Positions 1-7,130 of a DNA stretch of 39,201 bases are shown here, one piece after another. The position numbers were made by a program, and so were the translations under genes. How positions within the stretch are numbered: position 1 is the stretch's first letter; each line of letters starts with the position of its first letter. Source of the DNA: a virus. Location: the IMG/VR virus record IMGVR_UViG_3300047494_000030, positions 1 through 39,201 of that record, one strand, 5' to 3'. The notes under the pieces are model-generated. The model worked only from the letters and a program-made list of their open reading frames with translations. It was not told where the DNA came from and did no database searches.

Positions 1-127
1 CTAATGAAGACTGAACTAGAGGCCGTTCGCACTTGGGCGAAGGAAAAGATCGCGTCGGGGGCAGAACCCCCATGGGCGTGGTATCAATACATGAAGCTGA
101 TTGAGACTACGGACGCGATTTTAAGCG
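1..127. repeat. Terminal overlap copy 1, identical to 39075-39201; implies a circular or circularly permuted unit genome of 39,074 bp
   Basis: Base-by-base comparison of the two window ends. Position 1 aligns with 39075 and position 127 with 39201. Confidence 0.97.
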
Positions 128-270
128 GAATGGACTATGTCACTGCCACGGAGAGTTCACAGCAATCGGACGCACATCTGGATGCACGTCTCCGTGTAGT
201 GGATTCCAAGTATCTGCAAGATACCGCTCAACCCCATCAAGCTGGTATTCATGTACAGATGCCCATGTGA
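4..270 (+). CDS. Hypothetical protein, 88 aa; part of the early-right operon after wrap-around (same gene restarts at 39078)
   Basis: ATG ORF on the same strand as the upstream early genes. A GGGGGA SD-like run lies about 6 nt upstream of the ATG (seen at 39065-39070). No recognisable domain. Confidence 0.55.
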   Translation: MKTELEAVRTWAKEKIASGAEPPWAWYQYMKLIETTDAILSGMDYVTATESSQQSDAHLDARLRVVDSKYLQDTAQPHQAGIHVQMPM

Positions 271-446
271 CGTACAAGTCGCCGTACCGAGAATGCTTTC
301 GGCAGTCTTACCCGCTGCAGGCTAAGCGTAGCGATGAACTCGACCGACGGGCAGGACGCCACTAGGCTGGCCCATCCGTTGCTTAGTAAGTCTAGGCGTA
401 TGGTTGAAAGCGACCATTTAAGTCTCTCCTAAGGTAAAATCCCGCG

Positions 447-809
447 ATGCGCCACACTCACACCTGCAGCAACTGTGGTTCCGTCGAGGAAATCGACATT
501 CTCTCTCTCATCGAGGACATCATGACAGCAATCTCAGATCTGCAAGCAGCTGTAGCGAACGACCAGACCGTCGAGCAGTCGGCAATCACGCTGATTCAGG
601 GCCTCGCTGCGCAATTGAACACGATTTCTCAGGAACTGGCCGCAAGCGGCGCTGATACCACTGCGCTGGAAACGGTTGTCGGTCAGCTCAACAGCAATGC
701 CAGTGCGCTGGCTCAAGCCGTGACCGCCAATACCGTTTCGGCTCCTGTGGCCGGTTCGCCGCCGGCACCTACGCCAGCACCAGCACCGATCAATACAAGC
801 GGCACGTAA
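447..809 (+). CDS. Hypothetical protein with Ala/Gln-rich helical segment and Pro-rich C-terminal tail; last gene of the early-right operon
   Basis: ORF of 120 aa. An internal ATG at 522 has a better SD (GAGGA, 4 nt spacer), so the true product may be 95 aa (522-809). A hairpin terminator follows. Confidence 0.55.
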   Translation: MRHTHTCSNCGSVEEIDILSLIEDIMTAISDLQAAVANDQTVEQSAITLIQGLAAQLNTISQELAASGADTTALETVVGQLNSNASALAQAVTANTVSAPVAGSPPAPTPAPAPINTSGT

Positions 810-836
810 CCCAGCAGTGTGCCAGGGCGGGAAGGG

Positions 837-863
837 AAGGGCGCTTCGGCGCCCTTTTCTATT
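837..863. terminator. Bidirectional intrinsic terminator between convergent operons
   Basis: Stem AAGGGCGC / GCGCCCTT with TTCG tetraloop, followed by TTTTCTATT on the plus strand. It sits between the stop of 447-809 (+) and the stop of the Rz gene (-). Confidence 0.75.
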
Positions 864-1371
864 GCGTTGCTCGGCAGGAGATGTAGGCGTCGTTTATTGC
901 GTCGGCTTCGCGGGTGAGCCGTTTGAGTAATTCAGTAAGCTGCTCTGAAAGTACCCCGCCGGCTTGGGCAGTGTCTGCTGAACTAGTTGTGGTACCGGCT
1001 TGGGCGCCGGGCAGTTGGCTACTACCGCTGCGCCTACATCCAGAGTTGGCGTTTGGGTCGCGCAAGCGCTTAGCAGCAAGCTGACTAGACAGATCATTGA
1101 CGGTAGCAGTGTTCGTTGCATCGGATGCCTCCTGGTGGGCGACTAAAATCTTGTTGGCGGCATCTAGAGCGGCGGTCTTGGCATTGGCGTCGGCCAGCTC
1201 CTGCGCGGCCTGCTGCTTGAGTTTATCGGTATCGAGCTGGTCGGCTTTGACTTGATCCTGCTGCCCTGCAGCATAACGGGTATTCCCGTAGTGGATCACA
1301 CCCCATACGGTACCGCCCAAGACGGCCGCCACCACCACCAAAATCAACACGCCTTTGACGATCGGATTCAT
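859..1371 (-). CDS. Rz: i-spanin (Rz-like)
   Basis: N-terminal TM helix (VLILVVVAAVLGGTVWGVI) and an Ala/Gln/Lys-rich coiled-coil periplasmic domain. It is the last gene of the lysis cassette, its start forms an ATGA overlap with the holin stop, and it contains an embedded lipoprotein ORF. Confidence 0.85.
   Translation of the reverse strand: MNPIVKGVLILVVVAAVLGGTVWGVIHYGNTRYAAGQQDQVKADQLDTDKLKQQAAQELADANAKTAALDAANKILVAHQEASDATNTATVNDLSSQLAAKRLRDPNANSGCRRSGSSQLPGAQAGTTTSSADTAQAGGVLSEQLTELLKRLTREADAINDAYISCRATQ
894..1121 (-). CDS. Rz1: o-spanin (Rz1-like outer-membrane lipoprotein), fully embedded in Rz in another frame
   Basis: 75-aa ORF with a signal peptide ending in lipobox LLSAC (Cys20) and a Pro-rich mature region (CPAPKPVPQ, LPKPAGY). 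This is the classic embedded spanin architecture. Confidence 0.85.
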   Translation of the reverse strand: MQRTLLPSMICLVSLLLSACATQTPTLDVGAAVVANCPAPKPVPQLVQQTLPKPAGYFQSSLLNYSNGSPAKPTQ

Positions 1372-1733
1372 TTTGACCCTAAGAGTTTGGCGACCACCGG
1401 CGCGACCACTACCGTGCCATAGCCGATGAACATGCCGTCAGTCATGGTATGAGCAAGCGCCGCGGCAATCAAGGCCCACGATAGAATCCCAACGCCGCCC
1501 CATGCCATTACCCGGACAAACGACATGCCGCCGTTTTCAGGATCTGTGATCAGGTCGAGCACGTTGAGCGAGTGGCTTCGGTCCTGAGAGACGCGGAGCA
1601 GGGAGCGCAGCACTAGGATGGCTAGAAGCGCCAGGATCAGCCCTAGCGCGATTTCCTGATGCCCGATGTGGATTGGGGCGGGCGGAGGCGTGGGAGCGGC
1701 CGTAGCGGTCGCTGTGACGGTCTCCGCAGCCAT
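1368..1733 (-). CDS. Holin candidate (three hydrophobic helices)
   Basis: 121 aa with three hydrophobic segments (IALGLILALLAILVL; VMAWGGVGILSWALIAAALA; MFIGYGTVVVAPVV). It lies between the endolysin candidate and the spanins, with overlapping start and stop codons. Confidence 0.7.
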   Translation of the reverse strand: MAAETVTATATAAPTPPPAPIHIGHQEIALGLILALLAILVLRSLLRVSQDRSHSLNVLDLITDPENGGMSFVRVMAWGGVGILSWALIAAALAHTMTDGMFIGYGTVVVAPVVAKLLGSK

Positions 1734-2161
1734 TACGGCGCTCCCGGCCCGTCAATGATGGTGATTGAGCAGCCTTCGGCGGCGGCTATGGCGGCTTGAA
1801 TCTTCGGGAACAGCTCGTTGAACGTGTCGATGCTGGCGCTGATGAAATCCTGATTCAGCGTGGCTCTGCCGACCAGGATGCAGCCGTCAGTCGCGGCGTC
1901 TGTATTGCCCCAATGGATACGCACCGCAGAGAAGTTTGGCACCGCGTCCAGCAGCGGCATGTCACGGTTGAAATGCGGTGAGAAGTCGATCTCGACCGGG
2001 TAGGTGCCCGCCGGGATCGCCGTTTTGTTTTGAACCTTCGGCGCGCCGGCCGGCCGTGCGAACGGCTCAAGCGTCACGCAGGTAAACGGATCGTTGTCGA
2101 GCGACAAGGCGCCCTCGGTTGCCTGAGTGCCATAGCTGGTGCGCTGCACGGTGATTTTCAT
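1733..2161 (-). CDS. DUF5675-like protein; probable non-canonical endolysin (YkuD/L,D-transpeptidase-like His...Gly-Cys motif)
   Basis: Motifs TAIPAGTYPV and IHWGNTDAATDGCILVG match the DUF5675 pattern I recognise. It occupies the endolysin slot directly upstream of holin and spanins. No other muralytic gene is visible. Confidence 0.55.
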   Translation of the reverse strand: MKITVQRTSYGTQATEGALSLDNDPFTCVTLEPFARPAGAPKVQNKTAIPAGTYPVEIDFSPHFNRDMPLLDAVPNFSAVRIHWGNTDAATDGCILVGRATLNQDFISASIDTFNELFPKIQAAIAAAEGCSITIIDGPGAP

Positions 2162-2475
2162 CGCTGCTCTCCTTTAATCGTCATGGTCAGTCGATCAACC
2201 TTCAGTCCGATGTCGTTGAGACCGCCACGAAAGGCGTGCTCCAATTTCTCGAACTTTATATCCAATTCGGTTTTTGAGTAGTGACTTCCCGCGATCAACA
2301 GGCGCAGGTTGAGCAAATCGCTTGTTGTTGTGTCGTGACGCTTGAAGAGCAGTTGGATCTGCTCCTGCTTCTTTTTGTCTTTGTCGACAAGCAGCCATGC
2401 GAACAGCCCCCATATGCTCGTAAGGATAAATCCGATGATGACAGCGATGATTTCAGCGATGATTTCAGGTGTCAT
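2158..2475 (-). CDS. Membrane-anchored coiled-coil protein at the head of the lysis cassette (antiholin, lysis regulator or exclusion candidate)
   Basis: Start taken at Met14 of the tracked ORF (MTPEIIAEII...), which makes a TAATG overlap with the tailspike stop. It has one N-terminal TM helix followed by a charged helical region. Confidence 0.55.
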   Translation of the reverse strand: MTPEIIAEIIAVIIGFILTSIWGLFAWLLVDKDKKKQEQIQLLFKRHDTTTSDLLNLRLLIAGSHYSKTELDIKFEKLEHAFRGGLNDIGLKVDRLTMTIKGEQR

Positions 2476-4520
2476 TAGATTGGGGGACCATGTGAGGTAA
2501 ATTCTGCCCGCCATTCTACGGGGACGGTCGTGCCGAGGGAACTGGTAATCGCAATGGCCGACGCGCCTGTGTTTGCCGTGACAGTGACAATGCCGTTTGT
2601 AAAGGCAAGCAATGTCCGGTCCACGCTAAAGGTGGTCGCGACAGCATTGCCATTGGCGTAGTTGTTTCGTGTCGGCGTGCATAGTGTGACGTTCAAGCCG
2701 CTGACACTTTTGACCACGTAATTGTCGGCGTTGTTAATGCGAATCACGGCACCCGCGCCGATCCCGACTTGAGAAACCGCAATCGGCACCACCATGGCGC
2801 CGCTTGCAAGTGCGCCCACCACCGTGGTACTGGAATTACGGCCCCCGAGCGTGACGAGGAACTCGCCCAAGTCCTGCGCACCGGTGTCCATTTCGCGCGC
2901 CCACACGCGTAACGTACCCTGCACCGGAAAGTAGAACAGGTCAGGGCTGATTGATCCAGACCAAACGATATAAGAAATGGTTTCGGTACCGGCAACGCCA
3001 GGCAGCTTGCCAGCAGCAAATATCCGGGGGAGCGTTGCGCCGTAGGCGTATTCCTTTTGTCGATGCGACGCACCAGCAAGGAAATAGACATAGTCGCCGC
3101 CTTGGCTCGCGACGGATGCTTGCCCTTTGCTTGGCAAATCCAAACCGCTGATCGAACTCAGCCATGCTTGATTTTCAGTCGAACCGATGTTGTTAGCAAG
3201 ACTGCTGGCGAAGAACTGCGGTGTCATTACCGTGCCGTAAAGGCTCGACGCGTGAAGCGTACCGAATCCGATACCGGTGCCAGTGAGCAGCACATTGACC
3301 GAACCGCCAGTGACGCCGCCAATCGCTGAATAGATCGCGTCAATGTTGTGGAGCTCGCCGTAGATTTCGATGGTGCTATCGGTCAGCGTGACCATCGTTT
3401 CAGTAGTTCCCGCAGCGTTGATTACAGGATCAAGAAAACACCCTTCGCCCACGATGGTATCAAGCTCAATCTGCACTGGCCGCGAGATGAAGCAACAGCC
3501 GCGCGCCGAGCCAAACATGATTATGTCTTTAATGCCGGTGTTAAACGTGGTGCGATTGTTCCGCTGCGGGATATAGACCAAGCGACTCGACGGCGAGCAG
3601 GCCGTGGGAGTTGCGGACAGCACATAGTTCCCGATGTTGCCGGTAATGACGATTGACGCCGTTGTCGGACGAAGTATGGCCGCTTGAAACCACGTATCAA
3701 AATTGGTGTTGGCCACGATGTACGGATTGGCTCGACGACCAGAAATTTTGATGTTGTCGGAGAAGTAATTGTCGTTGCCGGTGTACGCATTCCCCGCGGC
3801 AAAGCACGTCGCCGAGCCGATGTATCCGACATAACAATTGTTGATGATCGGATCAATAAAATTCCAGCTCTGTGCGCCTTGGTAGGACATGGCCATGCCG
3901 TCGCAATTGCTGAAATTGCAATTGACAATTTGCGGCTCATACCAAGCGAACGACTGCGACACCAGCCCCCAGCGGAAGCCCTGAAAGTCAAGCCCTTCCC
4001 AACGGACATAGTAGAGCGTGTTATTGCTCGGCGCGTCCGTGAAGCAAGCGCCGCCACACTGCCCTGCTACATCGTTCGCCGCTGGCACGACCGTCGCACC
4101 AGTGATGCGCGGGTAAGCGGTGATCGGTCCGATGAGTGAAGCACCGTAGCCAATCCACCCGACGTGGGCCGGTTGAATGATCGAGTTGGCAATGCGGTAC
4201 TTTCCTGGCGGAACGATGATATTGACATTTTGTCCAGCTGCAACAAACGCTAGTGCACCAGCGTAGTTGGCAGCTGCCTGAAAGGCAAAGCTGTCATCGG
4301 TGACACCATCCTTGTTTGGCGTGAAATCTCCGACGCTGACAATGTCGCTGAATTTTGCGTTGACGGTGCGCGCACCGCTGCCCGCGAAGGGCGGGTAGTA
4401 AAGCACCCCGAGCGCCGTAGGAAATGACAAAATCGGACTGGTGGTGCCGGGCGCATAGTAGCCGATGATGTTCCCGTTGTTGTCGAGAACCCAATTGATT
4501 TCGCGCTGGACGGCGGGCAC
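2475..4520 (-). CDS. Tailspike / depolymerase with pectate-lyase-like right-handed beta-helix
   Basis: 681 aa. The motif GDFTPNKDGVTDDSFAFQAAANYAG followed by IIVPPGKYRI is typical of pectate_lyase_3-type tailspikes. Asn/Gly/Cys-rich rung-like repeats (NCNFSNC, NNCYVGY) are present, and it is the last virion gene before lysis. Confidence 0.75.
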   Translation of the reverse strand: MPAVQREINWVLDNNGNIIGYYAPGTTSPILSFPTALGVLYYPPFAGSGARTVNAKFSDIVSVGDFTPNKDGVTDDSFAFQAAANYAGALAFVAAGQNVNIIVPPGKYRIANSIIQPAHVGWIGYGASLIGPITAYPRITGATVVPAANDVAGQCGGACFTDAPSNNTLYYVRWEGLDFQGFRWGLVSQSFAWYEPQIVNCNFSNCDGMAMSYQGAQSWNFIDPIINNCYVGYIGSATCFAAGNAYTGNDNYFSDNIKISGRRANPYIVANTNFDTWFQAAILRPTTASIVITGNIGNYVLSATPTACSPSSRLVYIPQRNNRTTFNTGIKDIIMFGSARGCCFISRPVQIELDTIVGEGCFLDPVINAAGTTETMVTLTDSTIEIYGELHNIDAIYSAIGGVTGGSVNVLLTGTGIGFGTLHASSLYGTVMTPQFFASSLANNIGSTENQAWLSSISGLDLPSKGQASVASQGGDYVYFLAGASHRQKEYAYGATLPRIFAAGKLPGVAGTETISYIVWSGSISPDLFYFPVQGTLRVWAREMDTGAQDLGEFLVTLGGRNSSTTVVGALASGAMVVPIAVSQVGIGAGAVIRINNADNYVVKSVSGLNVTLCTPTRNNYANGNAVATTFSVDRTLLAFTNGIVTVTANTGASAIAITSSLGTTVPVEWRAEFTSHGPPI

Positions 4521-6095
4521 TTAGTACGTGCTCCCGGTCACGGTCTGAAGCTGTGCTGCGGTGAGGGTCGAGTTGCCCGCTCGTAATTTACGGGTCCACC
4601 GAGCGCCGCCCCCATACAGTTGGAAGTTCGTCGTCGGCCCAAGGAAAGCATTTGCCGATGACGCGACCGTTCCTGCGTTGAGACAGACGGACTCCGTTGG
4701 TCCTGTGCCGTAGGTCATGGCCAGCTTGGTGACGGCAAGTGCAGTTGCGGCGTTCGCTGTAGACGTTGCAGTCGTGCCGTTGAATGTTCTCGCGTCCGAC
4801 AAAGCGTTAAAGCCAAGTGGTGTATCGCCAGCGTCCGAACCCCATACAGGGATATTCACGCCTTGCAGAAATGGCAGGATGACTTCGGCTTGGAACCACC
4901 CTTGTGTAGCCGAGTATCCGGGCACATTGGTTTTAGGTTCAATTAAAACATCCTGAGCACGAGTCGCTGATGCACCTGCGGTAATGATCGGCGAAGTTGG
5001 GAACCCGTTGGTGCTGTTTTCCACCTGCACAAACGTGACTGAGCCAGTGTCCGTACAAACGATGGTGCCCGCAGTCGTAATAACCAGAGTTACGAAGCTG
5101 TTGCTGGTGTACCAGTCAGTGCCAGAATTCGTCGCTGTGCCTGTACCAGTTCCTAAAGCAGTACCGAGAGACACGACTACTGACCCCGTGCCGTACATCC
5201 AGACGATGTAAGTTCCGATTCCCAAACTGATGGTCTGCGTTGACGGAGCCGTCGAATTAAGGAAATAATTGGTCGCCGCCAGTTCTTCGTTGATACCCTT
5301 CAGCGTCGTGGTGGGGTTGATCGCTGTGCCACTGGCAGGTACCACCACGTTGCTGACCACCGTATTGCCATTCAGGTAGCTGAAATACTGCACGCCATCA
5401 GCGAAGGCACCGTAGTAGGGGGACGAGAGGACGCCAGTGGAGACATTCTCGGATGGGTTCTGGTTGGTTTGGTTGGTGACATCCTCGTACTGAAACTGCG
5501 TCGCGTTGATGGTTCCTGCAAGTCCATCACCACCCAAACCAACCCGATTGTCAAACCCGAGTACTGCACCCGTGTTCATCGCCGTATAGAGAAAGCTGTA
5601 GCGGGTCGGAGTGGCAGACAGCGCGATCACCAATTTTGCACTTGCAGTTGCCGTGTCAATCATGACAACCGTACCAGTCTTGGTCCCGGCACTTACGGTG
5701 CATGTCACTCGATAAGTGTGACCTGACGTGATCGCCACAAGCTGCACGCGGTAGTCATTGCCTGCGCCCGTAAACGTAATGACGCTCGCCGTCGCTGAAC
5801 CGCTTGGAGGACCAAGGTTCCATGAAGCAGCCGCAAAGTTCTCCGAGTTCAGAATCAGATTCTGCACCCTCCGATACCCATCGAACCGCAGTTCGTTCGT
5901 CAGCACCGGATTCATCACGCCAGCAAAGTCGCGCTGCGTGCGGACGCCAGTAGAAGTTGCGTTCGTGAAGGTGAGGCCCGAGCCGAGAACGCCAGCTGAG
6001 CCGTTTGTCAAAAAATCTGTTAAGTATGACGGAAGGCCGCCAACCCCACTAAATCGGTGGTAGCGCCGCGATGGCGCGCCTGCTCGGATAACCAT
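4521..6095 (-). CDS. Tail fibre / receptor-binding protein
   Basis: 524 aa, Thr/Ser/Gly/Asn-rich and beta-rich. The segment RFDGYRRVQNLILNSENFAAASWN resembles the start of jelly-roll/lectin-type fibre domains. It lies directly upstream of the tailspike. Confidence 0.55.
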   Translation of the reverse strand: MVIRAGAPSRRYHRFSGVGGLPSYLTDFLTNGSAGVLGSGLTFTNATSTGVRTQRDFAGVMNPVLTNELRFDGYRRVQNLILNSENFAAASWNLGPPSGSATASVITFTGAGNDYRVQLVAITSGHTYRVTCTVSAGTKTGTVVMIDTATASAKLVIALSATPTRYSFLYTAMNTGAVLGFDNRVGLGGDGLAGTINATQFQYEDVTNQTNQNPSENVSTGVLSSPYYGAFADGVQYFSYLNGNTVVSNVVVPASGTAINPTTTLKGINEELAATNYFLNSTAPSTQTISLGIGTYIVWMYGTGSVVVSLGTALGTGTGTATNSGTDWYTSNSFVTLVITTAGTIVCTDTGSVTFVQVENSTNGFPTSPIITAGASATRAQDVLIEPKTNVPGYSATQGWFQAEVILPFLQGVNIPVWGSDAGDTPLGFNALSDARTFNGTTATSTANAATALAVTKLAMTYGTGPTESVCLNAGTVASSANAFLGPTTNFQLYGGGARWTRKLRAGNSTLTAAQLQTVTGSTY

Positions 6096-6134
6096 TAGAT
6101 GATGCTCACAATGTTGAGTACAGGCTGGCCGATG

Positions 6135-6458
6135 TTAGATGCCTTCTCCTGCCGTGACGGTCAACGTCGAGCCGGTTGCGGCTGCAATCACTGAAATCTG
6201 CGGGTTGGGTGGCAACGTGAAAGTTTCGACCGATCCAGGTTGAATCGGAATACCGTTTGAGGTTGTCGCAGGCGTCACAGCGTTGCCTTGTGCTGCAAAG
6301 GTGAAGTACACCACTTGGGTACCGACATTGGCAAAACGAAACGCCGTGCAGCGTCCTGACGAATCAACCGTAGCAAGATTTTGGGCGGTCACCGTAACGG
6401 CCAACACTGCCCCCGGGCTTGATGGTGGATATGGGGCAAAAGAAGAAAGTTGAGACAT
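6135..6458 (-). CDS. Small beta-rich virion-module protein, 107 aa
   Basis: ORF in the late operon with an SD-like GGTGG upstream. No recognisable domain. Confidence 0.5.
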   Translation of the reverse strand: MSQLSSFAPYPPSSPGAVLAVTVTAQNLATVDSSGRCTAFRFANVGTQVVYFTFAAQGNAVTPATTSNGIPIQPGSVETFTLPPNPQISVIAAATGSTLTVTAGEGI

Positions 6459-6461
6459 GGT

Positions 6462-6680
6462 CTACCACCCGCTTTTTGGTCGTGGCGTGATTTTTTCGCC
6501 GGCCAGCACTTCGTTCTCGTCCCCGAACTTGTTTTCACCAAAGCTCGCCAGAGACCCATTCGGCTTCTGGATCGGGCCTTTCGGTTGGCCTCGCCACGGC
6601 GAACGGTAGTTGCCCTGCTCGTTGAGCTCGAGCGGCTTGCTACGCGACTCCGGCATGATTGGATATTTGCGATCAACCAT
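6462..6680 (-). CDS. Hypothetical protein, 72 aa
   Basis: ORF in the late operon with an 8-nt overlap with the upstream gene. Confidence 0.45.
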   Translation of the reverse strand: MVDRKYPIMPESRSKPLELNEQGNYRSPWRGQPKGPIQKPNGSLASFGENKFGDENEVLAGEKITPRPKSGW

Positions 6681-6927
6681 CTTTGTGCTCCTGTGACGGA
6701 CGTAGGTGAATCAGGCACCAGCTCGCAACAGCGAACAGAGTGGCACCGACAATGCGAGGCCAGCTATCAGCGTACATGGCCCATGCGAAAATTGCGCCAT
6801 CAAGCAGGATCGCCAGCACCAGCAGCATCTTGTCGGACAGCAGACGAATGCCGAGCTCGACGATAGCGCCCATCATCTGAAGGCGCGCTTCGGTTGCAGC
6901 AACGTGCTTGGTGTCAGCTTCGTTCAT
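6673..6927 (-). CDS. Small membrane protein (2-3 TM helices)
   Basis: Hydrophobic segments MLLVLAILLDGAIFAWAM and IVGATLFAVASWCLI. The gene overlaps its neighbours. Confidence 0.5.
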   Translation of the reverse strand: MNEADTKHVAATEARLQMMGAIVELGIRLLSDKMLLVLAILLDGAIFAWAMYADSWPRIVGATLFAVASWCLIHLRPSQEHKDG

Positions 6928-7130
6928 AGGTTGCTCGGGTTGAAACCTTCATCGCCCTCAGCGATATGGTGCTTGACCTTTTCCCACTGGATCGCCTGAG
7001 CAATCACCTTGATTTCAATATCATCGGACATGACAGGATTTCCGTCCGTGTCCTTTTTGCCGATCTTCGCCAACTTGTCGTTGATGGCCTTGTCGATTTT
7101 GGTGTTTGGTGATTCTTCGGCATCGGTCAC
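6924..7130 (-). CDS. Hypothetical acidic protein, 68 aa
   Basis: ORF in the late operon with ATGA-type overlaps on both sides. Confidence 0.45.
   Translation of the reverse strand: MTDAEESPNTKIDKAINDKLAKIGKKDTDGNPVMSDDIEIKVIAQAIQWEKVKHHIAEGDEGFNPSNL

Noticed and set aside
1-127. The terminal repeat as a genuine T7-like direct terminal repeat
   Set aside because: The length equals a standard assembler k-mer (127), and the repeat starts inside an operon just upstream of an ORF start. An assembly overlap is the simpler explanation, though this cannot be excluded without reads.
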